Made by a program: the position numbers and the translations under genes. This document shows, one piece after another, positions 1-10,266 of a stretch of 64,000 nucleotides of DNA. A model generated the notes under the pieces. It searched no databases, was not told the origin of the DNA, and worked only from the letters and a program-made list of their open reading frames with translations. The stretch comes from an uncultured delta proteobacterium (lineage in GTDB: Bacteria; Desulfobacterota; Syntrophobacteria; Syntrophobacterales; Syntrophobacteraceae), in the NCBI GenBank assembly GCA_963808625.1, contig CAWEHK010000031.1, positions 18,169 to 82,168 of the forward strand, written 5' to 3'. The first letter of the stretch is position 1; each line of letters opens with the position of its first letter.

Positions 1-1035
1 GGCACCGTGGCATCTTCCAGCACCGTCGTGGGTTTGACCCTGGAGAGGGCCGAAAGGGCCGCGCGCCGCGCTTCCCAAACCTTATCCCGCTCGGCCGCAT
101 CCTGGGCCACGCGAACACTCATGGCCCCCATCTGCCGGCAGAGGGATTCCACCTTCTCGGCATCTTCCTCCACCTGCACCGGATGGCCGTCGACTTCGAT
201 GAGCAGCAGGGCCGCCGCGTCCACGGGAAGTCCCACATGGCTGAAATCCTCGACGGCGCGAATCGTGAAATTGTCCATGAACTCGAGGGTCACCGGCACG
301 ATGCGGTTGGCAATGATCGCCGCAACCGTTTCCGAAGCCTTATTGATATCATTAAATATGGCCATCATGGCCTTTTTTGCGGGCGGCATGGGGATCAGCT
401 TGAGGATGATCTTGTCGAACACCCCCAGAGTGCCTTCGGAACCGACCATAAGGCCGCCCAGGTTGTAGCCGGTAACACACTTTACGGTGCGGGCGCCGGC
501 CTTGACCAACTCCCCGTTGACGTCAAAGAATTCGAGCCCCATCACATAATCCCGGGTCACCCCGTAGCGCAGCCCGCGCAGCCCTCCGGCATTTTCCGCG
601 ACATTGCCGCCGAGGGTCGAAACCGCCTGGCTGCCGGGGTCGGGGGGATAGAAGAGCCCCCTTGCCTCCACCGCCGCGGCGAATTTGGCCGTCACCACGC
701 CCGGTTCAACCACCGCATAGAGGTCTCCTTCATTGATCTCGATGATTCGATTCAAGGCGTTGGTGAGCACCACCACGCCCCCCGCTTTGGGGATGGTCCC
801 GCCGCTGAGATTGGTGCCGGCCCCGCGCACGGTCAGCGGCAAGCGCGTTTTCATTGCAGAGCCGCACCACTTTGCCCAGCGCTTCGCTCAAGGTCGGACG
901 AAGGACCATAGCGAGGCAGGGCGGTTCAAGGACGGCGGCGTCATAGGAATAAGTCATTCGATCCGTTTCGTCGACGAACACGTTTTCCTTGCCCAAAATC
1001 GTCTCGAATTCCTGCAACAGAACCTTGCTGATCAT
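1..1035 (-). CDS. glcD: FAD-linked oxidase, GlcD/D-lactate dehydrogenase family (runs off the window start; frameshifted near 840)
   Basis: Starts MISKVLLQEFETILGKENVF..YSYDAA; after the frameshift gives RGAGTNLSGG and YPPDPGSQAVSTLGGNVAENAGG-type FAD-oxidase motifs; divergent from the lut genes. Confidence 0.8.
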
Positions 1036-1333
1036 AATGCCTCCTCTTTTCACCCTCACCCTTCCGTTATCAGGGTACGGTTTCTTTCAATCCTCGACAG
1101 TAACGTGCGCGATATGAAGCAGCCTGATCTGCTCTATTTTTAGCGACTTGCCGGCAAACTTACAATGCCTGAAATGCACCCCCCCCTCGGTAACAGCAGG
1201 AAGCCCTCAGGCAGGTTAAATCCCCCTCTTCCCCGTAACCGGATGATTGCTCATGGACTTCGGGTCTTTTTCAGTTATATGAATTGTGGGAACGACAATC
1301 CGGCTTTCCCCGTGTAGCTGGAGAACCTTTTTA

Positions 1334-1519
1334 AACGGTGTCAAAACAGCCCGTACAAGTACCTTGGGACTGATTGCCGCCAGCCACCATAGCATAGTGG
1401 AAAACCCGGGAACGTCATTCCCGCAGGCTTGAGGCGGGAATCCAGGGGTCTTTTGATCCCTGGACCCCCGCCAGAAACGTGCGGGGGTGACGACCGTAAG
1501 ATCTTTTTTGGACACGCTC
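1334..1519. mobile_element. MITE (~186 bp) with IS5-like ends and internal REP-like double hairpin
   Basis: Right end TTTTTTGGACACGCTC resembles the IS5 TIR at 15157-15172; TTA on both flanks; internal GTCATTCCCGC..GCGGGAATCCAG..CTGGACCCCCGC..GCGGGGGTGAC; left end degenerate. Confidence 0.6.
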
Positions 1520-1590
1520 TTAGACAAGCTCTTACTCCTGCGGAAGGGACAGAGCCATAATCCAATGGTGTTCACAGGGAGACGAAATTC

Positions 1591-2145
1591 ATGGAAAAAC
1601 ACGAACGGATGAGGTATTTAAGAAAGGGCTACAGCAGTGCAGACCATCGGTCACCGACGTCGAGAGCCTGATCAGGCGTTTCTCTATGCCATCGAGGTGA
1701 CGAAGAACCATGGCGGATCGACGATCGCCGCCCCCGCGCTGGCGCCGGAAGAACGCTCTCAACTGGCGGAGCTGTGCCGGCAAGCGGGATCACGCTCTTA
1801 ACGGAAAATCTCCGGGACCATATCGGGAAGATTCAGACCGGCCTGACCCTGGGCGACTGGGGTGTTGCTGAAACGGCCACCCTGGTGCTGGATTCGACTT
1901 CGGAAGACGTGCGCATTGCCACCATGTTGAGCGAAACCCATGTGGCCGTGCTCCCGAAGTCTCGCATCAAGTCCGACATCATGGAACTGGAACCCGAATT
2001 GAGCGAGAGCATGAAATCCGCTCCCCGTTATCTGTCCTTTATCAGCGGCGCCAGCCGCACGGCCGACATCGAACGGGTGCTGACCATCGGCGTCCACGGC
2101 CCCCAGGAGCTGCACCTTCTCATCCTGGATGAAGAGCCGGCTTGA
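1591..2145 (+). CDS. lutC: Lactate utilization protein C (LUD domain), frameshifted in the 5' part
   Basis: GVAETATLVL and FISGASRTADIERVLTIGVHGPQELHLLI are LutC/YkgG motifs. Confidence 0.85.
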
Positions 2146-2208
2146 TTATGGCGCTTCCTGCGACGACTCGAAACGGAACGCCCGACCTGTGACTTCAGGA
2201 GAAGAACC

Positions 2209-4364
2209 ATGATCACGACCCCCAGTGACCTCAAAACTTACAAGAAAGACCTGAAGCGAGCGCTTCAGAATCAGTTCCTGGGCGCCACTTTGGATAACTT
2301 TGCAACGGCCTTTAAGGCTTCCAGGGCGAAAGCCTTCGAGGGAATCGATCTCGACACGCTCATCGCCGAGATCGCCGCAGGGAAAGATGCGGCCATCCCC
2401 TACCTCGAGGAGCTCTTCGCGGCCTTCAAAGCCCGCGCCGAAGCGGCTGGGATCAAGGTGCACGTTGCCCACACCGCCTTTGAGGCCAACTCCATCATTG
2501 CCGATATTGCCAGGGCCAACGAGCGTGAAGAAAATCGTCAAGGGCAAGTCGATGACCGCAGAAGAAACCTTCCTCAACGACCACCTGGAAAAAGAAGGCT
2601 TTCATCGTCACCGAAACCGACCTCGGCGAGTGGATCATCCAACTTAGGCACGAAGGCCCTTCGCACATGGTCATGCCGGCCATCCATCTCTCCCGTAAGG
2701 AAGTTGCCGAACTCTTTACGAAGGTCACCGGGCAGGCTCAGGACCCCGACGACATCAACGGCATGGTCAAAGTGGCCCGGAGGGAACTCCGCCAGGCGTT
2801 CCTCGAGGCCGACATGGGCGTCACCGGGGCCAATTTTGCCATCGCCGAGACGGGAACGATCGGACTCGTCACCAATGAGGGCAACGGCCGCCTGGTGACC
2901 ACCCTGCCGCGCGTCCATGTGGCGCTGGTCGGGTTTGACAAGCTGGTGCCCGACCTCAAGAGCGCCCTGCGCATTCTCAAGGCGCTTCCGCGCAACGCCA
3001 CCGGCCAGCTCATCTCGACTTATGTGACCTGGATCACCGGCCCCACACCATGCACCTCCGCTCCCGACGGCCGCAAGGAGATGCATATCGTCTTCCTGGA
3101 CAACGGCCGCCTGGCGCTGGCCCGCGACCCGCTGTTTTCCCAGGCGCTGCGGTGCATCCGCTGCGGCGCCTGCGCCAATGTCTGCCCCATCTACAAGCTC
3201 GTCGGCGGGCACAACTATGGTCATGTTTACATTGGGGCCATCGGGCTCATCCTCACCTATTTCTACCACGGCCGCGAAAATGCCCGTGCCATCGTCCGAA
3301 ACTGCCTCAACTGCCAGGCCTGCAAGGCGGTCTGCCCCACCGGCATCGACCTCCCCTATCTGATCAAGGGGGTCTACCGGACCATCCTCGAAGTCGGAAG
3401 GCCAACCGCCCGTCAAGAACCGCCTGCTGAAGCGCGTCTGGGAAATCGCAAGCTGTTCCATTTCCTCCTGCGCCGGGCCTACCTTGCGCAAAAGCCGGTC
3501 GCCAAAGGAGAATACCTGCGCCATCTGCCCTTCTTCTTTTCCTCGGAGCACGGGTTCCGCAGCCTGCCGGCGGTCGCCAAAACGCCGTTGCGGGACATGT
3601 GGGAACGGATCAATCCCCGGTTGAGAAGCCCCGCTACCGGGTGGCGCTCTTCGGGGGGTGCCTGGTGGATTTCGTCTATCCGGAACAGGCCCAGGCCCTG
3701 GTGCGTGCTCTTCAAAGACCACAACGTGCAGCTGGAATACCCCATGGAGCAGACCTGCTGCGGTCTGCCGGCCATGATGATGGGTGAAAATGAAACGGCG
3801 CGAGAAGTGGCCGTCCAGAACCTGAAGGCCATGGACCCGGCGAGTTACGATTATATCCTGACGCTTTGCGCCTCCTGCGGTTCCCACCTGAAAGAGAACT
3901 ATCCCAAACTCTGCGGTGAGGATGAGGGGCTCGGGCGTCAAGGTCGCAGCAGCTCGAGCATAAGCTGATTGATTTCAGTTCCTTCATGGTGAACGTTCTG
4001 CAAGTTAAGCCGGAAATGTTTCGCAGGAGCGGCAAGAAGGTTGCTTATCACGCGCCATGCCATCTTTGCCGCGGTCTGGGGGTGACACGCGAGCCTCGGG
4101 AACTTATCGTAACGGCGGGCATGGAATATTGCCCGGCAAAAGATGAAGACGTATGCTGCGGCTTCGGAGGGTCGTACTCCATCGATTTCCCGGAAATCTC
4201 GGCAGAACTGCTCAAGCGCAAACTGGCGAATGCGGAAGCGACCGGCGCCGAAGTGCTGGTGACCGACTGCCCGGGATGCGTGCTGCAACTGCGCGGCGGC
4301 ATGGACCGAAAAACCGGTCGGAAAGCTTGAAGTGAAGCATATTGCTGAGATCATCGGTGAATAG
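2209..4364 (+). CDS. lutB: L-lactate dehydrogenase large subunit, LutB-LutA fusion (LUD, 2x[4Fe-4S], two CCG domains); several frameshifts
   Basis: ETDLGEWIIQL, HMVMPAIH, CIRCGACANVCP, CLNCQACKAVCP, QTCCGLPA, YHAPCHLCRG, CCGFGGSYS spread over consecutive frames. Confidence 0.85.
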
Positions 4365-4384
4365 CGTTAGAGGAGCGAACACCG

Positions 4385-5895
4385 ATGACCGCCATTCCTT
4401 TCCCAGGCTCACTCCGGAAGAAGCTGTTACTCACATTTTCGATGGCGCCACCGTGGCCTTCAGCGGCTTTGGCAATGTGGGCGCGCCCAAAGTCATTCCT
4501 CGGGCCCTGGCCGCCAGCGCCCGCAAGCAGCATATGAAGGGCGAACCCTTTAAGGTCCGCGTATTGAGCGGGGCTGCCTGTGGCGTAGACGTTGATGAAG
4601 CGCTGGCGCAGGCCCGGGCCATCACCTGGCGCGCCCCCTACCAGAGCGCCGCCACCCTGCGCAAAGCAGATCAACCGGCAGGAAGTCGAATATGTGGACA
4701 TGCACCTTTCCCACGTTCCCCAGACCGTTTCCTCCGGGTTTTTCGGCAAAGTGGACATCGCCGTCATCGAGGCAACTGAGATTACGCCCGACGGCAGGGT
4801 CTATCTGACCACCTCGATCGGCGCTTCTCCAACCTACCTCAAATGCGCCGACCGCGTCTTGATCGAAATCAATCGCTATCATTCCCCGCGCCTTCGGGAA
4901 ATGGCCGATATTTCATGCTGCTGCCGGCCCCCCATCGCAATCCTTTTCCCATCCTCGATCCCATGACCAAGTTTGGCTGGTCGTATGCCGTCGTTGATCC
5001 CAAAAAGGTCATCGGTATTGTCGAAAGCGATGAACCGGATTACATGGACCCACGCACCGACCGCGATACCACGAGCCAGCGAATTGCTGAACACGTGATC
5101 CGCTTCCTCTTCGACGAGATGCACGCCGGCCGCATCCCCGAAGGATTCCTTCCCATACAGGTGGGCATCGGCGCGTTGCCGACGGGGTCCTCGCTGCCCT
5201 TGGCAAGAACCCCTACATCCCGCCATTCCGGGTCTATAACCTGGTGATTCACGATCCCATGATCGACCTCATGGAGCGAAGGCAAGGTGATGGGCGCCAG
5301 CGCCACCAGCCTCTCGGTGTCGTCAGATGTCCTGAAACGAATCTACAATCGCATGGACTTCTTTGTGCCGCGCATCGTTTTGCGGCCGCAGGAGATTTCC
5401 AATCATCCGACGATTATCCGGCGCCTCGGGGTGATTGCCTTGAATGCGGCCCTCGAGGTGGACATCTATGGCAATGCCAACTCTTCCCATCTTTTCGGGA
5501 CCGATATCGTGAACGGCGTCGGAGGCAGCGGTGAATTCACCCGCAACGCCTATCTTCCCATCATCATGTGCCCGTCGACTGCCAGGGGCGGCAAGATCTC
5601 CTGCATTGTGCCCATGACTCCGCACATCGACAGCAATGAGCATTCGGTGCAGATCGTCGTGACCGATCAGGGTCTTGCCGATCTCCGCGGGCTGGGACCG
5701 AAGCAGAGGGCCAAGGCGATCATCAACAACTGCGCCCATCCCGCTTACCGCGACTATCTGTGCCGCTATCTGGAACGGTCGCGGGTCGGCCATATCCGGC
5801 ACAACCTGAGAGAATGCTTCGAGCTGCACCGCAATTTCATCGAACACGGCGCCATGCTGCCGGGTCTCGACCTTACCGAGACGAGCGTGTGCTGA
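4385..5895 (+). CDS. Acetyl-CoA hydrolase/succinate CoA-transferase family protein, copy 1 (frameshifted)
   Basis: VAFSGF, YVDMHLSH, IVLRPQEISNHP, NGVGGSGEFTRNA, IVVTDQGLADLRGL, NCAHPAYR. Confidence 0.85.
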
Positions 5896-5926
5896 AAAAC
5901 GAGATTCGTAACATAGAAGGAGAGAT

Positions 5927-7446
5927 ATGATGTCAACCGTAGGTGTCTTTCCCGATCTTACTCCCGAAGAAGCCGCCGCACGCATTCCCAATGGCGCGAC
6001 CGTAGCCTTCAGCGGATTTACCAATTCGGGTGCGGCCAAGCTCATGCCGCGAGCCATTGCGGCGCGGGCGCGGGAATTGCACGAGAAGGGCGAACCGTAT
6101 CAAGATCCGGGTGCTGACCGGGGCTTCGAGCAGTGAGAGCATCGACGAACCCCTGGCCGAGGCTGAAGCGATCTCGTGGCGGGCGCCCTATCAAAGTGCT
6201 CCCAGGCTTCGCCGGCAGATCAACAGCGAGGAAGTGGAATACGTGGACATGCATCTTTCGGCACTTTCGCAGACGCTGCTCGCCGGCTTTCACGGAAAGC
6301 TGAACTTCGCGGTCGTCGAGGCCACGGAGGTGACGCCGGATGGCAGGGTTTATTTAACGACCTCCATCGGCGCCTCCCCAGCCTATCTCAAATATGCCGA
6401 TTACGTCTTTATCGAAATCAACCACTTCCACTCGAAGCGCCTGCGGGAGATGGCGGATATTTTGATTCTGCCGCCACCGCCCCACCGCTTGCCGGTGCCG
6501 CTTCATGACCCCATGACCAAGCTCGGCATGCCCTACGCGGAGGTCGATCCCCGGAGGATCATGGGAATCATCGAAAACAACGAACCCGACCGCGTCGCCC
6601 CGTTCACCCCGGGAGACGCGCGCAGTCGCAAGATTGCCGAGCACGTCCTGAATTTTCTCCTGGGCGAGCTGTGGGCCAAGCGCATCCCCAAAGAATTCCT
6701 GCCCCTGCAGGCGGGAGTCGGCAATGTGGCCAACGCGGTGATGAGTGTTTTGGGCGAGAGTCCTGAGATTCCGCCATTCAAGATGTACACCGAAGTCTTC
6801 CAGGATGCGCTCGTTGACCTCATGGAAGCGGGAAAGCTCACGGGAGCCAGCACCACCAGCCTTACCCTGACCCCCGAGATCCTTGCAGCGGATCTACGAC
6901 AACATGGACTTCTACGCCCCCCGTATTGTCCTGCGGCCCCAGGAAATCTCCAACCATCCCGGTGTCGTTACTCGCCTCGGGGTGATCGCCATGAACACCG
7001 CGCTCGAGGTCGATATCTACGGGAATGTCAACTCGTCTCACGTCTTCGGCACCGACGTCATGAACGGCGTCGGGGGCAGCGGCGAATTCACCCGGAATGG
7101 CTACCTCTCGATCTACATGTGCCCATCCATTGCCAGAGGGGGTAAAATTTCGTCGATCGTCCCCATGTGCCCCCACATTGACAACAATGAGCATTCGGTG
7201 CAGATCGTGGTAACCGAGCAGGGTCTGGTCGATCTTCGCGGCCTCGGGCCCATGCAGCGCGCCGCAGCGATTATCGAAAACTGCGCCCACCCGGCCTACC
7301 GCGACTACCTCTATCGCTACATCGAAAGGGCCCGGGTCGGCCACATTCGTCATGATCTTGAAACCTGCTACGAACTCCACCTCAACCTGATGGAACACGG
7401 CGCCATGCTGCCGGACCTGGATCTATCGGGGATCGCTGAGGCCTGA
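5927..7446 (+). CDS. Acetyl-CoA hydrolase/succinate CoA-transferase family protein, copy 2 (frameshifted)
   Basis: VAFSGFT, PLQAGVGNVANAV, MYTEVFQD, NGVGGSGEFTRN; paralog of the upstream gene. Confidence 0.88.
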
Positions 7447-7494
7447 TTACGGCGACACGCCCTATGGCGCACTACAGAAGGACAGATTTAACGG

Positions 7495-7710
7495 AGGGCG
7501 GGTTTTCCAACCCGCCATGATCAGCGTTAGGCCCTTGAACCCACCGCAAATGCACAGAGCGCAGGGAGAAACCCTGTTATTTCTCTCTGCGCTCTCTGTG
7601 ACACTAATCCTGAGTTTCTTGTTTTCTTGCCAAGATTTTCTTTGGAACCTATTGGTATCGTTGAAATTCCCACTCAATTTTGGTTGCGGCCTATGGCTGC
7701 GCTGTGTCTC
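7495..7710. repeat. Cluster of REP-like palindromes
   Basis: GGCGGGTTTTCCAACCCGCC hairpin, CACAGAG..CTCTGTG pair and TTTGGTTGCGGC motif; related motifs occur at 46655-46805. Confidence 0.5.
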
Positions 7711-7773
7711 CGGGCTGTATTTCTCTTTGATTGCGGGAAAGGGCTGCATTCTTGCGCATCCAGCTCTTTTCCC

Positions 7774-8199
7774 TCAATGACGTTCAAGCTTTTCGACTCT
7801 GATGCCCAAATCGAGTTTCAGAATCTCCGGGTCTCCCGTCAGGATGATTCCATTCAAGGATTGGGTGAGGGCGACTGCGAAAGCATCAGCGTAGGAAAGA
7901 GGAAACCTCATCTTGTTTTGGGCGGCTCGCAGCACATCCTGTTTTTTGACTTCATATAACTTGACCGGCAGCAGCAGGATCTCTTCCAGAGTCTCAGCGG
8001 CTGCAGCATCACCCTTCTTCTTCCCAATCTGGTAATAGACTTCACCAAGATTGATCCAGGACATATGAAGGGAGACTGCCTTCCGTTCGGCCTCGTTGAT
8101 AGCCTTAAGAACCTTTGATGCCGCAGGCTCCTCACCCTGGATCAGGGCAAGCAAAGCCCATGCGTCAAGGATCAGTCTCTCGCCTGAGATCTTCTGCAT
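7774..8199 (-). CDS. vapC: Type II TA toxin, VapC/PIN domain
   Basis: LILDAWALLA, SWINLGEVYY, LSYADAFAVA, ILTGDPE acidic PIN motifs. Confidence 0.9.
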   Translation of the reverse strand: MQKISGERLILDAWALLALIQGEEPAASKVLKAINEAERKAVSLHMSWINLGEVYYQIGKKKGDAAAAETLEEILLLPVKLYEVKKQDVLRAAQNKMRFPLSYADAFAVALTQSLNGIILTGDPEILKLDLGIRVEKLERH

Positions 8200-8404
8200 G
8201 GTCGATTTCCAGGGCTTCTACCAGCGATTCGGTTCGGTATTTCCCATAAAGCTTTTCTTGGACGGATTTTCTCAAGGGAGTCAGAATAATTCGTTTGCCA
8301 TCTTGCGTGACCTGAAACAAGCTTCCGCGATTGATTTTCAAGTCATCTCGGATACGCTTCGGAAGGACTACCTGACCCTTTGATGACACCTTGGCAGTAA
8401 GCAT
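8165..8404 (-). CDS. AbrB/MazE/SpoVT-family antitoxin
   Basis: AKVSSKGQVVLPKRIRDDLKI motif; overlaps the vapC start. Confidence 0.9.
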   Translation of the reverse strand: MLTAKVSSKGQVVLPKRIRDDLKINRGSLFQVTQDGKRIILTPLRKSVQEKLYGKYRTESLVEALEIDHAEDLRRETDP

Positions 8405-8606
8405 AATCTTACTCCTTCTTTCATCTTACCAATAAAATAGTAAGCAAGTGCTCCACCTATGTCAACCGCAAAAAAACTTCACTCACAACATAGGAAACTA
8501 CACCAAGAATTTTTCAAGGAGCATTGCGCCGAGATGGATATGGGGAGGAGAAGGATCTGTTGGAATGCGGATCATAGTCTTGCCGGTATGCCCGGAGAAA
8601 GGGCGG

Positions 8607-9162
8607 TCACAAGTGGGTGAACGGCAGCCCGATGATGCGGTCGGAATAGATCCGCGGAGCCACATCGTTATTGATGACGATCGCCAACCTGTGCTTGGTG
8701 ATCGGCCACAAAATCGCGCAAGCTTCCAAGCTCACGCGCTCCCACCGTCGATGTGTGTTTGATCTCGAGGGCTACGAGGCCAAAGGCTCCTTCAAGCGCC
8801 AGGTCTATTTCCGCCCCCCCGCCGGTTCGGTAGTGACTGTATTGATAGCCGACCCCCAACGCGCTCAACTGGCGGAGCACCTCCTCCAGCACCATCCCTG
8901 CCCAGGACGCTCCCATCTGAGGATGACTCAAGAGGGCATCCGGTTCGGGAATGCGCAGCAGCGTGTGGAGCAGACCGCTGTCCCGCAGGTAGCCTCGCGG
9001 ATGTTTGACTACCCGTTTCAAGGAATTCCTGGTGAAGGCCGGGACCATTCGCCAGATGAAGGTGCCGTGAGCGATCTCAAAGTAGTCGCGGGTGGTCGGC
9101 TGGGAGACCCCGAGGGCCCGGGCGACTTCCGCAATATTGAGAATACGGCCGGACAATCCGCC
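8607..9162 (-). pseudogene. C-terminal fragment of an AAA+/DUF4143 ATP-binding protein
   Basis: KRVVKHPRGYLRDSGLL, YRTGGGAEIDL, LEIK motifs; the N-terminal ATPase part is absent and replaced by a 30-bp tandem repeat. Confidence 0.75.
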
Positions 9163-9224
9163 CAGCACGCGGGGTCGGACCAAGCCAATACTGTCAGCAC
9201 GCGGGGTCGGACCAAGCCAATACT
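9163..9224 (+). repeat. 30-bp direct repeat (2 copies, period 32)
   Basis: CAGCACGCGGGGTCGGACCAAGCCAATACT at 9163-9192 and 9195-9224. Confidence 0.9.
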
Positions 9225-9450
9225 CTGAAATTATTAATATTCATTGAAATTGGACTGTCTTTCTTGCCCTTAGGACCTTCTTTTTGCCGCGAAGAAGCGC
9301 CTTCTAAGAGGTCCCGATTTTCTTCTTTCCTGGAATACTTGAGGTTCGTCCCGAATCCAAATTCCAGCCGCCTCTCGTTGCCATTCGCTCGGTTTTGTGT
9401 CAATAATAGCTCCGGCTTTGACGATTTCCTCATTTCAGAAGGCTATTCCA

Positions 9451-9867
9451 TTGATTGCCAAGACCTACACCTGCAGCCTCCTCGGGATTGATGCCCTGCT
9501 CGTGGAAGTGGAAGCGGACCTGTCCCCCGGGCTCCCTTACTTCGCCATGGTCGGCCTCCCCGACAACATCGTGCGGGAGAGCAAGGACCGGGTGAAGACG
9601 GCGCTCCAGAACAGCGGCTATCCCTTTCCCATGGAACGGATCACCGCCAATCTCGCACCGACGCATCTCGAGAAGGAAGGGGCGGGGTTCGATCGGCCCA
9701 TCGCGAAGGGTGTCCTGGCGGCCATGGGCTTGCTCGATCGGCAGATGGCCGAAAAGGTGATTCTGGTCGGGGAACTCTCCCTCGACGGCAGGGTCAAACC
9801 GGTCACCGGCAGTCTGCCGATGGCCATCCATACCCGGAAGAGCGGCTACGGCCACCCGAATATTTAA
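9451..9867 (+). pseudogene. comM: ComM/YifB Mg-chelatase-like ATPase, N-terminal ~140 aa only
   Basis: GIDALLVEVEADL..VGLPD..VRESKDRV..ITANLAP..KEGAGFD.PIA..GELSLDG; stops before the AAA domain. Confidence 0.8.
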
Positions 9868-9916
9868 TCTCATTGCGTACCATTTTGCAGCGAAAGACCT
9901 CGGTGTTTTTTGCGGT

Positions 9917-9980
9917 GTGAATGTATTTCACGGTGAATAAATTTCACAATTGACAAGTATTGCAGGGTATCGCATAGATT
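9917..9980 (+). promoter_or_regulatory. Sigma70-like promoter preceded by two palindromic operators
   Basis: GTGAA-N5-TTCAC at 9917-9931 and 9933-9947; TTGACA at 9950-9955; TAGATT at 9975-9980 (19-bp spacing, longer than ideal). Confidence 0.55.
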
Positions 9981-9986
9981 ATTCCA

Positions 9987-10266
9987 CGTTTCCCGTGCTA
10001 AACGAATTTCCTCTCACTTCGGCAGACTGGTTTGTCACGTCACCGGTTCCGCCTGAGTGTTGTCTCAAGGTGCTTCCATGGCGAGAATCCTTTTTCCGTG
10101 TAGTTGGAAGAAAGGAGGTGAGAAGACACCAGTTCCATCAAATGCCTGATGCATTTAGCATGATGAGTTAGCCGAACCAGAACCATTATCTTATCAGCTT
10201 AAGAAAGCCGCTTTGAGAGGTGGCGACCGGCGCTTATTTTTCGAGACGGCAGAAGGAGAGGGGGCC
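9987..10266 (+). promoter_or_regulatory. Structured 5' leader, copy 1
   Basis: Nearly identical to 13794-14073; TCCTTTTTCC (10088-10097) can pair with GGAAGAAAGGA (10106-10116); GC hairpin plus T-rich tract at 10207-10241. Confidence 0.55.

Noticed and set aside
2574..3941. Long antisense ORFs (also 44155-45195, 47237-48265, 50718-51797)
   Set aside because: Shadow frames of well-supported GC-rich genes on the opposite strand
9163..9224. 30-bp repeats as a CRISPR array
   Set aside because: Only two copies separated by 2 bp, no spacers and no cas genes in the window
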